Shown piece by piece: positions 34,875 to 41,545 of a stretch of 43,061 nt of DNA. The position numbers and the translations under genes are program-made. Below the pieces are notes generated by a model. The model did no database searches. It was given only the letters and a program-made list of their open reading frames with translations, and had not been told where the DNA came from. Position 1 is the first letter of the stretch. Each line of letters begins with the position of its first letter. This stretch comes from an uncultured Pseudobdellovibrionaceae bacterium (GTDB taxonomy: Bacteria > Bdellovibrionota > Bdellovibrionia > Bdellovibrionales > JAMPXM01). The stretch is from positions 1 to 43,061 of the forward strand of contig CAKQVW010000002.1 in NCBI GenBank assembly GCA_934277865.1, in the 5' to 3' direction.

Positions 34875-35804
34875 ATGAAATATGCGAAGTTCGAGGGAAT
34901 GACGTTTTTCAAAGCCATCAGCACCGAAAAGAAGGCACGTTTGTTTGCTTGGAAAACAAAGTTCGATGGAAAGAGTTTCGTTTGTCCAAAATGCGGCCAC
35001 AGCAGATTTTGGGAATTCGAATGTGAGCCGGAAATTCGTAAGTGCCGTAAATGTGAGACGCACGTTCGACTGAGAGTTGGAACGATGTTTGAGAATTCAA
35101 AGATCTCAATGCTCACTTGGCTTCGAGCGATCTACTTCGTGATGTCCTCCAAGCGCGGCATCTCAGCTCTCGAGCTTCAGCGCCGCCTCGAGATCAAACA
35201 ATACGTGACCGCATTGAAGATCCTCAAAACGATCCGCCAGGCGCTGATGGAGCGCGACGCAAAATACACTCTGAAAGACACCATTGAGCTCGAAGGAACG
35301 ACATTCTGTGCGAACGCAAGCAGCGCAAAGAAGGTTCTCGTAGCTATAGAAACCAAGCAATGGGTTGACGATCGCGGCCGGCGAAAGACTAAGGCTGGAT
35401 TCGCGAAGGTACTTGTCGAAGACGAGCTCACCGAAGAGATCGCGACCGAATTCGTTGCGGAAACAATTTTACCCGGCGCGAAGATCGAAACAAATTCCGA
35501 CTTGCAGGTGCCGAATGTTCGCGGCGTCAAACCGCGGCGATTCAAGAGTGCGCAAGAAAAGTTCGACGGGCTTCCGTGGGTGTATCGATTCATATCGAAC
35601 GCGAAGGTTTGGATTGCGGGGACGCATCACGGCGTTGACCAGAAGTACCTTCACTTGTATTTGGCGGAATTTGCGTTTCGCTTTAACCGCCGCCACGATC
35701 CAGACTCTCTATTTCATCGAGCCCTGTATGCAATGATGCTCGCCAATCACAAGGCCGCCGTGCAATCCGAATTCGAGCTCAACCAAGGTAGACGTTCTGC
35801 ATAG
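34875..35804 (+). CDS. IS1595-family (ISXO2-like) transposase homologue
   Basis: N-terminal Zn ribbon CPKCGH...CRKCETH and the C-terminal hallmark KYLHLYLAEFAFRFNRRHD. AGGAGG SD 6 nt upstream. A lone plus-strand gene among minus-strand phage genes. Confidence 0.85.
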   Translation: MKYAKFEGMTFFKAISTEKKARLFAWKTKFDGKSFVCPKCGHSRFWEFECEPEIRKCRKCETHVRLRVGTMFENSKISMLTWLRAIYFVMSSKRGISALELQRRLEIKQYVTALKILKTIRQALMERDAKYTLKDTIELEGTTFCANASSAKKVLVAIETKQWVDDRGRRKTKAGFAKVLVEDELTEEIATEFVAETILPGAKIETNSDLQVPNVRGVKPRRFKSAQEKFDGLPWVYRFISNAKVWIAGTHHGVDQKYLHLYLAEFAFRFNRRHDPDSLFHRALYAMMLANHKAAVQSEFELNQGRRSA

Positions 35805-35815
35805 CAGAGTTTTTT
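35794..35815 (+). terminator. Candidate intrinsic terminator of the transposase-like gene
   Basis: Stem TCTGC / GCAGA (extendable by G-U pairs) around the stop codon, followed by G and then T6. Confidence 0.4.
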
Positions 35816-35875
35816 CTATTGCTACTCACGGCGCTTTCGGACTCATGGCCACGTCCGATGGCTCGGGCGAGGGCT

Positions 35876-35895
35876 CAAAAATCCGAGTTTTCGGA
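35876..35895 (-). terminator. Candidate weak intrinsic terminator ending the early (replication-side) operon
   Basis: On the minus strand: TCCGA-AAAC-TCGGA followed by TTTTT, 12 nt after the stop at 35907. Confidence 0.35.
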
Positions 35896-35906
35896 AGTGT
35901 AGTTTC

Positions 35907-36404
35907 CTAAGTGCCTGATTCTTCTCGCTCGATGGCCGCAATTTCGGCTTCAAACTGTGCGATTCTCTCCCGATACTTCGCCAGTGATTGCTTGTGATGC
36001 CGGTCGGCCGCGCGGTTTCGCTGCTCGGTAAGCTTCGCAATCACGCGCTTGAGCTTCGCGATCTCTTCATCCCTCACCCGCATCGTTTCTTTGAGCGTGC
36101 TTTCAAACTGCGAGGCCTTCGATTTCAGAATTTCGCGCTCTTCTATGATTTCAACGAGACCCTGACGAAGTTTCTTCGTGTACAGCCAATCTGTTCTGTC
36201 TCTTAATTGAGCGATGAGACCATTTAGGTTCTCATTCTGGAACTCGAGGTCAGCTATTTTACGACAAAGCTGTTTTCTGGACGGCGTCACCGGAGTTCCG
36301 AGGGCGACTTCTATCGTCCGAGCTGTCTCTTCCATCGCCTGTACGCCCTCCCAGAGCAGAGAGGCAGTGCTCTTTACTTCATTGTCATCTTTGGCATCGC
36401 TCAT
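35907..36404 (-). CDS. Coiled-coil hypothetical protein (165 aa)
   Basis: Long heptad-like charged helices. No enzymatic motif. Confidence 0.7.
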   Translation of the reverse strand: MSDAKDDNEVKSTASLLWEGVQAMEETARTIEVALGTPVTPSRKQLCRKIADLEFQNENLNGLIAQLRDRTDWLYTKKLRQGLVEIIEEREILKSKASQFESTLKETMRVRDEEIAKLKRVIAKLTEQRNRAADRHHKQSLAKYRERIAQFEAEIAAIEREESGT

Positions 36405-36610
36405 TTCTCCACCAATTCCAGCACTGATTCTGACTCAAGAAGGGATTCACATAGAAGATCCTGCGTCAGTGGCGCCAGGTCGTACTTCCACTCGCTCTTG
36501 CGGAACAGCCGAAAAGGCTTTGTGCAGCTCCTAACTATTCCAACGACGCCGCGATAAAACCCCGTTCTGATTCTAACCTTGTCGCCGAATTTGAATCTTG
36601 GTTCGTTCAT
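36401..36610 (-). CDS. Hypothetical 69-aa protein
   Basis: Overlap-coupled ORF. KFGDKVRIRTGFYRGVVGIV is a KOW/SH3-like strand motif. Confidence 0.6.
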   Translation of the reverse strand: MNEPRFKFGDKVRIRTGFYRGVVGIVRSCTKPFRLFRKSEWKYDLAPLTQDLLCESLLESESVLELVEK

Positions 36611-36828
36611 ATCTTCCTCCTGGCTAGCGCGCGTCTCTCGCGCCGCGAAAGTCCATCTTTCGTTTGCGGTGACGTCATCTCTGGGACCAGTGACTTGCCT
36701 CGTCTCGGATCGTGCTCGTCACACCACCATTCGCCGTTGTGCCGACCGTCCGGCAAACGGTGAGGAGTTCGATAGATGAAAGTCGATGCTGGATTTCCGC
36801 ATACATGGCACGGTCCAGAGCTGGTCAT
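36607..36828 (-). CDS. Hypothetical 73-aa Cys/His-containing protein
   Basis: CHVCG...WWCDEHD is a possible Zn-binding motif. Coupled to its neighbours. Confidence 0.6.
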   Translation of the reverse strand: MTSSGPCHVCGNPASTFIYRTPHRLPDGRHNGEWWCDEHDPRRGKSLVPEMTSPQTKDGLSRRERRALARRKI

Positions 36829-37211
36829 CAGTAGTATCCTTTCACATGGTCATAGTCGAAAAGTGCGTCATTATCTGCCCAAAGCATTTCCGAGATCAGA
36901 ATCCCACCCGGCTTTCGTGTTATCTGCCTGGCTTCAAGCGCAACGAAGTAAGCGTCAGCTCTAGTCACGAAGCGGCCTCTACTTGTGATGAAGCCTTGGT
37001 CCAAAGCTCTCGAAGACATCGCGAAGCCAGAGTTTTCACCTTTAATGAAGCATTCGGCGTGTGATTTACCAAGAATGGGCCAGCCTCTGTCCTCAGTAAG
37101 AACCGCCGCGTGCGTGATTCTTTCTCGGTTCACTTCCGCGGCTTCACGCGAATGCAACGCATCTCTCGCTTCCTCTTCCGGTGTTCTAAATTTCGGGTTA
37201 TCTGGGTTCAC
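36828..37211 (-). CDS. Hypothetical 127-aa protein
   Basis: GTG start in a GTGA overlap with the upstream micro-ORF. No confident motif. Confidence 0.65.
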   Translation of the reverse strand: MNPDNPKFRTPEEEARDALHSREAAEVNRERITHAAVLTEDRGWPILGKSHAECFIKGENSGFAMSSRALDQGFITSRGRFVTRADAYFVALEARQITRKPGGILISEMLWADNDALFDYDHVKGYY

Positions 37212-37363
37212 CTTTCCCTCACGGTTCCGAAGTCACACCCGCAACGCATACAAAACTTCGTTCGGTAGACTCCTGGTTCATCTTCAATTCTAAAAGCTAC
37301 GGACTCTCTGTCGTGGCCGATAATTAGACACACAATGCTCATGAGAAGATCGAGCACGCTCAT
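37208..37363 (-). CDS. 51-aa Cys-rich micro-protein (not in the ORF track)
   Basis: MSVLDLLMSIVCLIIGHDRESVAFRIEDEPGVYRTKFCMRCGCDFGTVRER. ATGA overlap upstream and GTGA overlap downstream. Confidence 0.4.
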   Translation of the reverse strand: MSVLDLLMSIVCLIIGHDRESVAFRIEDEPGVYRTKFCMRCGCDFGTVRER

Positions 37364-37614
37364 CCCAACTCTCCATCAAAGATTAAAAACGTCTCAAGTA
37401 GCAGCACGCGGATCGTGCGCAGCTCTTCGGGATCGCCGCGCCAGTTGGCAAAAGCGAAATCGCCGACACCGAAAAAATGGCGGAATATCTCTGGAATAGG
37501 CGTCTGATAGTCGTAATAATTCATGGCCGCCATCAGCGAGACCGTACAACTTAAGTCCGTTGCTGCCACAATCTCCGCCGCCCGTCTTATGATCTTGCGT
37601 TCTAGTGGGGTCAT
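37360..37614 (-). CDS. Hypothetical 84-aa protein
   Basis: Overlap-coupled ORF. No motif. Confidence 0.6.
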   Translation of the reverse strand: MTPLERKIIRRAAEIVAATDLSCTVSLMAAMNYYDYQTPIPEIFRHFFGVGDFAFANWRGDPEELRTIRVLLLETFLIFDGELG

Positions 37615-37865
37615 GGTTCTATTTCCTTTACGCCGACAAGCTTGGCCTTTATCGTGTCGTCATAAGGATTCTTGTCCATGCCCCAAGTCCTGCTTTCACT
37701 TCTCGCCGCGTATATCGTCGGACACTTCTCGATCTGCGCGGCGGCCCATATAAGAGCGTCTAGCCAGATCTCTTGCTGATGTGGAGACAGTCTCTTGCCG
37801 TAGACTATTCGATTAAACGCTTCGTTCTCCGCATCTTCTTTTGACCACGGCTGATGTTTACTCAT
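37611..37865 (-). CDS. Hypothetical 84-aa protein
   Basis: Overlap-coupled ORF. No motif. Confidence 0.6.
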   Translation of the reverse strand: MSKHQPWSKEDAENEAFNRIVYGKRLSPHQQEIWLDALIWAAAQIEKCPTIYAARSESRTWGMDKNPYDDTIKAKLVGVKEIEP

Positions 37866-38190
37866 AACGAAGCCTTTCCAATATCTCCGGGTCTACTTCG
37901 AAGAATCCGCCCTGGCGGAACTTCTGCTTTCGTTTGCACGCATAGACGTGAACATCGAAATGAGCGTGCGCAAAAGTCCGCTCGCAGTGTGGACATTCTC
38001 GATCCGGATAAAGCGGAAATCGATGCGTTGGCCGCCCCGCCAATTTCATGAGAGTACGCTTCGCAATTCTCTCGTCGAGTTCGTCGTTAAATTTCAGATT
38101 TTTGAAGGCACGAAACCAGAACTCACGCTCTTCAGCGCGAAGATTGAATGTCACTCCGCCTCGAAATCTGACTTTCTTCTTGCTGTTCAT
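37858..38190 (-). CDS. Hypothetical protein with a C2H2-like zinc finger
   Basis: ATG 38190 forms an ATGA overlap with the upstream stop. Zinc-finger motif: CPHCERTFAHAHFDVHVYAC. Confidence 0.6.
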   Translation of the reverse strand: MNSKKKVRFRGGVTFNLRAEEREFWFRAFKNLKFNDELDERIAKRTLMKLAGRPTHRFPLYPDRECPHCERTFAHAHFDVHVYACKRKQKFRQGGFFEVDPEILERLRYE

Positions 38191-38327
38191 TCCGGCCACG
38201 ACTTTTCGGTGCAACGGTATAGCTTACCTTGAATGACGATAGGTTTCCCGCTCGTGATTTCAATGTTCTCGGTACATGAAACGGTCGCACTCACTACAAA
38301 CGCGCATAGTAAAAGTAGCTTCTTCAT
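38187..38327 (-). CDS. 46-aa secreted / lipoprotein-like peptide
   Basis: MKKLLLLCAFVVSATVSC signal-like N-terminus after a GGAGAG SD. The longer track ORF (to 38462) overlaps the upstream gene. Confidence 0.5.
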   Translation of the reverse strand: MKKLLLLCAFVVSATVSCTENIEITSGKPIVIQGKLYRCTEKSWPE

Positions 38328-38389
38328 CTCTCTTCTCTCCAATTCTGGCGATGCCGGATTCCCGGCCGTGTTAGACCCTGACTTCGGAA

Positions 38390-39022
38390 TTACGGGTTGC
38401 TCTCGCGCGAGCAGCGATCGCCAGTTTCTTTGTGTTTCGTTTCTGATCTCTTCTCGACCCAACTTCCTTTTTGAATCTGCGCGAGAATTAGCTCCACCGT
38501 CCCGTCGACCGTGACCAGTCCGTCGGTCTTGATCGTGAGATCAAAACGACCATGCTCTGCATAGCGATCGAGACCTGTTTCGCTAGGATGAAGTGTGTTG
38601 CTTCCCCATGAAGCCGCGCGGTTGCGGCGAACATTCTCCGCGGCCGCCAGGCGCACTCGGAGTGCGTGTGGAAATGCATCGAACTCGTTTTCGAATCGAC
38701 AGTCGCCGACGATGATCAGCGAATTTGGTTCCACCTGGTGTATCCGGTTCCGAAGGATGTTCACCCAGATCTCGCTCCCATGTACTGATCGACCCCATTC
38801 GGTGCCGAGAAGTTGTAAGAGCGTTCTATCCTTTTTAGTTTTCGGATCGATACCGTACTCGCGCAAACCATCGAGCACGCGATCGTGCAGCCCATAGAGT
38901 GCATCGGCGAAGTTCATACTGTACGCCGTCTTGAATCCCGCGCGTGCGGCCGCAAGATAGAGCTTGTTCTGTGTCGCGGTTTTTCCCGCGCCCTGCTTCC
39001 CTGAAAGTAAAACGATCGTCAC
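38390..39022 (-). CDS. P-loop kinase, deoxynucleoside-monophosphate-kinase-like
   Basis: GTG start after an AAGGAG SD. Motifs: LLSGKQGAGKT, LLQLLGTEWGR...WV, IIVGDCRFENE. Confidence 0.65.
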   Translation of the reverse strand: MTIVLLSGKQGAGKTATQNKLYLAAARAGFKTAYSMNFADALYGLHDRVLDGLREYGIDPKTKKDRTLLQLLGTEWGRSVHGSEIWVNILRNRIHQVEPNSLIIVGDCRFENEFDAFPHALRVRLAAAENVRRNRAASWGSNTLHPSETGLDRYAEHGRFDLTIKTDGLVTVDGTVELILAQIQKGSWVEKRSETKHKETGDRCSRESNP

Positions 39023-39031
39023 GTTGTCTCC

Positions 39032-39322
39032 TTACTTCGTGAGTTCGATGAATCCCCAAATGACCAACACCCAAATTCCAATAGAGATCGCGGTCGCAAT
39101 CGTGTAGGCGTACGCCACGACAATCTTTTCCGAGCGGGCAATGCGTCTCACGACCTCCTCCGGTACTTCTTCACCTCGCCGCGCTTCAATCGGTCCCGCC
39201 AAGATCTGCACACTTCCGCGTTGCACGCTTTGCATCGCGATTGGCGCTGGTCCTTCTTCCGGTAGAACTCGTCTAGCGGCTTGAACTGAAAGCAGTTCGA
39301 ACAATGTTTCATAGACCTGCAA
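39032..39322 (-). CDS. Hypothetical protein with a C-terminal TM anchor
   Basis: C-terminal hydrophobic segment IVVAYAYTIATAISIGIWVLVIWGFI. Confidence 0.5.
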   Translation of the reverse strand: MQVYETLFELLSVQAARRVLPEEGPAPIAMQSVQRGSVQILAGPIEARRGEEVPEEVVRRIARSEKIVVAYAYTIATAISIGIWVLVIWGFIELTK

Positions 39323-40100
39323 ACCCCACCTGGCTGTTTCTCTTCTTATTCTTAGTGATGAGCTCTAGTTTCTGATCGAGCTCCGCAACCAGTTCGCGAG
39401 GCTTCCTCTTCGCTGCCTTTGCGCGCGCAATCACCTCGTACCTGAGGCGGTCCTTTGCTGCTCGGACTACATCTGAAGGCGTAGAGGCGACTTTAAGGAT
39501 TTCTGAAGCTTCGATTCCAAATCGACCTTGAATGACGTTCTCTGCGATCTGCAGCAGTACCTGTCTGCCAGGGGCCGCGACTTCTGCGATCAGGTGAAAC
39601 CTACGCTGAATCGCAGGATCGATTTCGGATAACGAATTTGTGCAGGCAACGATGAGCCCTAGCGGATTCGCTCGATCGAGACCTGTGAGGATTTCGTTCA
39701 CTACACGGTTGTCGGTTTTGCTTGCGCTGTCTTCAGCTCCCCAAAACCGAGTCGCTGCGATCGAGTCAAACTCATCGAACAGAAGTACGACTCGGTTAGA
39801 TTTCGCAAAGTCGAAAATCTGTGCGACGTTCTGTTCGGATTTGCCACGGTAGCTCTCATTGATCGAAGAACCCGCAACGACCGAGATCTTGATTCCGAGG
39901 AATTCTGCCAGACCATGTGCGATTGAGGTCTTGCCACAGCCTGGTGGACCATGGAGCAAGATTTTGTTTCTGACTTGAAGCCCGTGATCTGCGAGAGCGT
40001 CACTAAACTCGAGATCTTCCAGCAGATGCCCAATGCAGACCTGCATTTCTTCAGAAAGCACCAAGTCACTAAGCTTGTGCGACGGTGCATCGACTTTCAT
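39309..40100 (-). CDS. Classical AAA+ ATPase
   Basis: Walker A LLHGPPGCGKTS, Walker B VVLLFDEFDS, second region of homology ACTN...DPAIQRRF. ATGA-coupled to the replication gene. Confidence 0.9.
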   Translation of the reverse strand: MKVDAPSHKLSDLVLSEEMQVCIGHLLEDLEFSDALADHGLQVRNKILLHGPPGCGKTSIAHGLAEFLGIKISVVAGSSINESYRGKSEQNVAQIFDFAKSNRVVLLFDEFDSIAATRFWGAEDSASKTDNRVVNEILTGLDRANPLGLIVACTNSLSEIDPAIQRRFHLIAEVAAPGRQVLLQIAENVIQGRFGIEASEILKVASTPSDVVRAAKDRLRYEVIARAKAAKRKPRELVAELDQKLELITKNKKRNSQVGFAGL

Positions 40101-41002
40101 ACGCAGACCTTCCCGCCGGTGAGGGCGCGCAAGGCGGTGCGTTGATCTTCAGGCAAATCCGTCGGCCGAACTGGTCGCCTGACAGCGGTTGTTTGCTCCG
40201 AATCTTCGATTAGCGGCGCATTAGGACCCGCAGGTGGAGGTTTTCCCTTGGTCCCGTCTTTTGGGTCCTCGAAATCGCGCCAGCGCTCTTTGCCTTCTTC
40301 ACCGACAAACGTGGACCACTTCAGGATGTACTTGCGGTCGCGGCCCTCGACGCGACATCGACTCCCGTAGTTCGACGCAGCTCGTGCAAACCTGTCGAAG
40401 TCAGCCTGGCTTCTGATGCGCTGCTTAAGTAAGGCCATACCCTCATCCTTGCCCTCCTTCCTCGGGTACCCGGCGTAAACCTTTTCAAAATTGAAGTCGG
40501 CAGCCGCCGGCTGCATGTTTGTTTGTTTGTCTGTTTGTTTGTTTGTTTGTAGTGAGACAGAGTTGAAAGTTATGGATCCGTCAGGTGAAGTTATGGATCC
40601 ATGACTTGAAGTTATGTCACCGCTCGGTAACCGCTCGGTAACCGACTGGTTACCAGTCGGTGTCGGGTGGTTACCGACTGGTAACCGATCGGTGTCATAG
40701 CTCAAAATTACGGCATCGTTTGGTTCTTTCGCGAGCTTCTCGAGTGCATCGATCATCACCTCCATTGCGACCCCAAAAGTCTTCGCAAAGTAGTCGGCTG
40801 AGAACGGGATCGTCCCTATGCCCTTTTTCGACGCGTATCCGAGCAAACAAACCCAAAACCATTTCTGCTCGATAGTTAAGCCGTGCAGTGTCTCGCTGTA
40901 CGCGATTGAATTCTCGAGACGGAACCAAGTGTGTTGTTTGCGATCTCGCCGCGGCTGATAGGTGTCCCAGTTTTTAATTGTGATCGTCGTGATCGTAGCC
41001 AT
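40097..41002 (-). CDS. Replisome organiser / replication initiator (lambda O-like architecture)
   Basis: ATG 41002 (MATITTITIKNWDTYQPRRDR..WFRLEN). Iteron arrays are embedded mid-gene. Followed by the ATPase gene. Confidence 0.75.
   Translation of the reverse strand: MATITTITIKNWDTYQPRRDRKQHTWFRLENSIAYSETLHGLTIEQKWFWVCLLGYASKKGIGTIPFSADYFAKTFGVAMEVMIDALEKLAKEPNDAVILSYDTDRLPVGNHPTPTGNQSVTERLPSGDITSSHGSITSPDGSITFNSVSLQTNKQTDKQTNMQPAAADFNFEKVYAGYPRKEGKDEGMALLKQRIRSQADFDRFARAASNYGSRCRVEGRDRKYILKWSTFVGEEGKERWRDFEDPKDGTKGKPPPAGPNAPLIEDSEQTTAVRRPVRPTDLPEDQRTALRALTGGKVCV
40516..40696. repeat. Candidate origin of replication: three adjacent iteron arrays inside the initiator gene
   Basis: (TGTT/TGTC)x9 at 40516-40551. 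Three AAGTTATG(GATCC) units at 21-bp spacing at 40567-40616. Seven ~11-bp CGNYNGGTWAC-type units at 40621-40696, including the 17-bp palindrome CGACTGGTTACCAGTCG. Confidence 0.65.
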
Positions 41003-41112
41003 AGTGATGCGCCCCCTCGCGCAAACCGTTGGTGTTTCATGATGAAAAGTTGGAGATCGGAAAAGGTGGCGGATCGCGACCTTCAGAGTGCTCAAAAATG
41101 AGCCAACGAATT

Positions 41113-41139
41113 TGTGGACCACTTGTGGACCACTTCTCG
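41113..41139. promoter_or_regulatory. Candidate integrase arm-type binding site, right arm
   Basis: TGTGGACCACTTGTGGACCACTTCTCG is a direct repeat of 5865-5891 (25 of 27 positions). Confidence 0.5.
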
Positions 41140-41302
41140 AACCCACGTTTGGAAACGAATGGGAACAAAAAGGCACAAATTGGAACAATACTCAGATGCA
41201 ATTTAGCTAGGGGAAATGGGTGATTTCTGAGGCGTTTTTTGGCTGTACTCGAACCAATTCGAGGAAAACGCTGAAACCCAATCCAATTGTATTTGAAGAT
41301 AG

Positions 41303-41319
41303 TGGAGGTGGTAGAGGGA
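41303..41319. repeat. attR core (3' end of the functional tRNA-Cys)
   Basis: Identical to 5788-5804. Covers T-loop nt 60, the T-stem 3' strand, the acceptor 3' strand, the discriminator and CCA. Confidence 0.8.
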
Positions 41320-41376
41320 TTCGCACCCCCGTACGCGGATTTGCAGTCCGCTGCCTAACTCCTCGGCCATACCACC
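41303..41376 (-). tRNA. tRNA-Cys (anticodon GCA), 74 nt with encoded CCA
   Basis: Hand fold: acceptor GGTGGTA/TACCACC, anticodon stem GCGGA/TCCGC with loop CTGCAAA, T stem GGGGG/CCCTC, discriminator U73. The T-loop reads TGCGAAT, which is unusual. Confidence 0.85.
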
Positions 41377-41545
41377 GCGAAAGACGACCTTTAACGCTCC
41401 CAAGTGACAAAAAAGGTCCCTGGTTTTGAAAGGCTTAGAGACCATTCATAGTGAAGAGCTTGCTTTCGGTCAAACTGGAATGGCTTAAGTCTCGCACGAA
41501 ATGCAACACTTAGATGTCGATTTCCGGAATTCCGAGGAGCCCCCC

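Larger units (their letters stand above)
5788..41319. mobile_element. Integrated lambda-like temperate prophage (~35.5 kb) in tRNA-Cys
   Basis: Bounded by identical 17-bp direct repeats, one of which is the 3' end of a tRNA gene. Integrase and excisionase sit at the left end. A full head, tail, lysis and replication gene set lies between the repeats. Confidence 0.9.

Noticed and set aside
35177-35593. 138-aa minus-strand ORF
   Set aside because: It is antisense to the IS1595-like transposase gene, which has clear family hallmarks.
40516-40696. Possibility that the short tandem repeats are a CRISPR array or a simple microsatellite
   Set aside because: The unit sizes (4, 21 and 11 bp) and the absence of unique spacers do not fit CRISPR. 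The repeats lie in-frame inside the initiator gene, which fits ori iterons.
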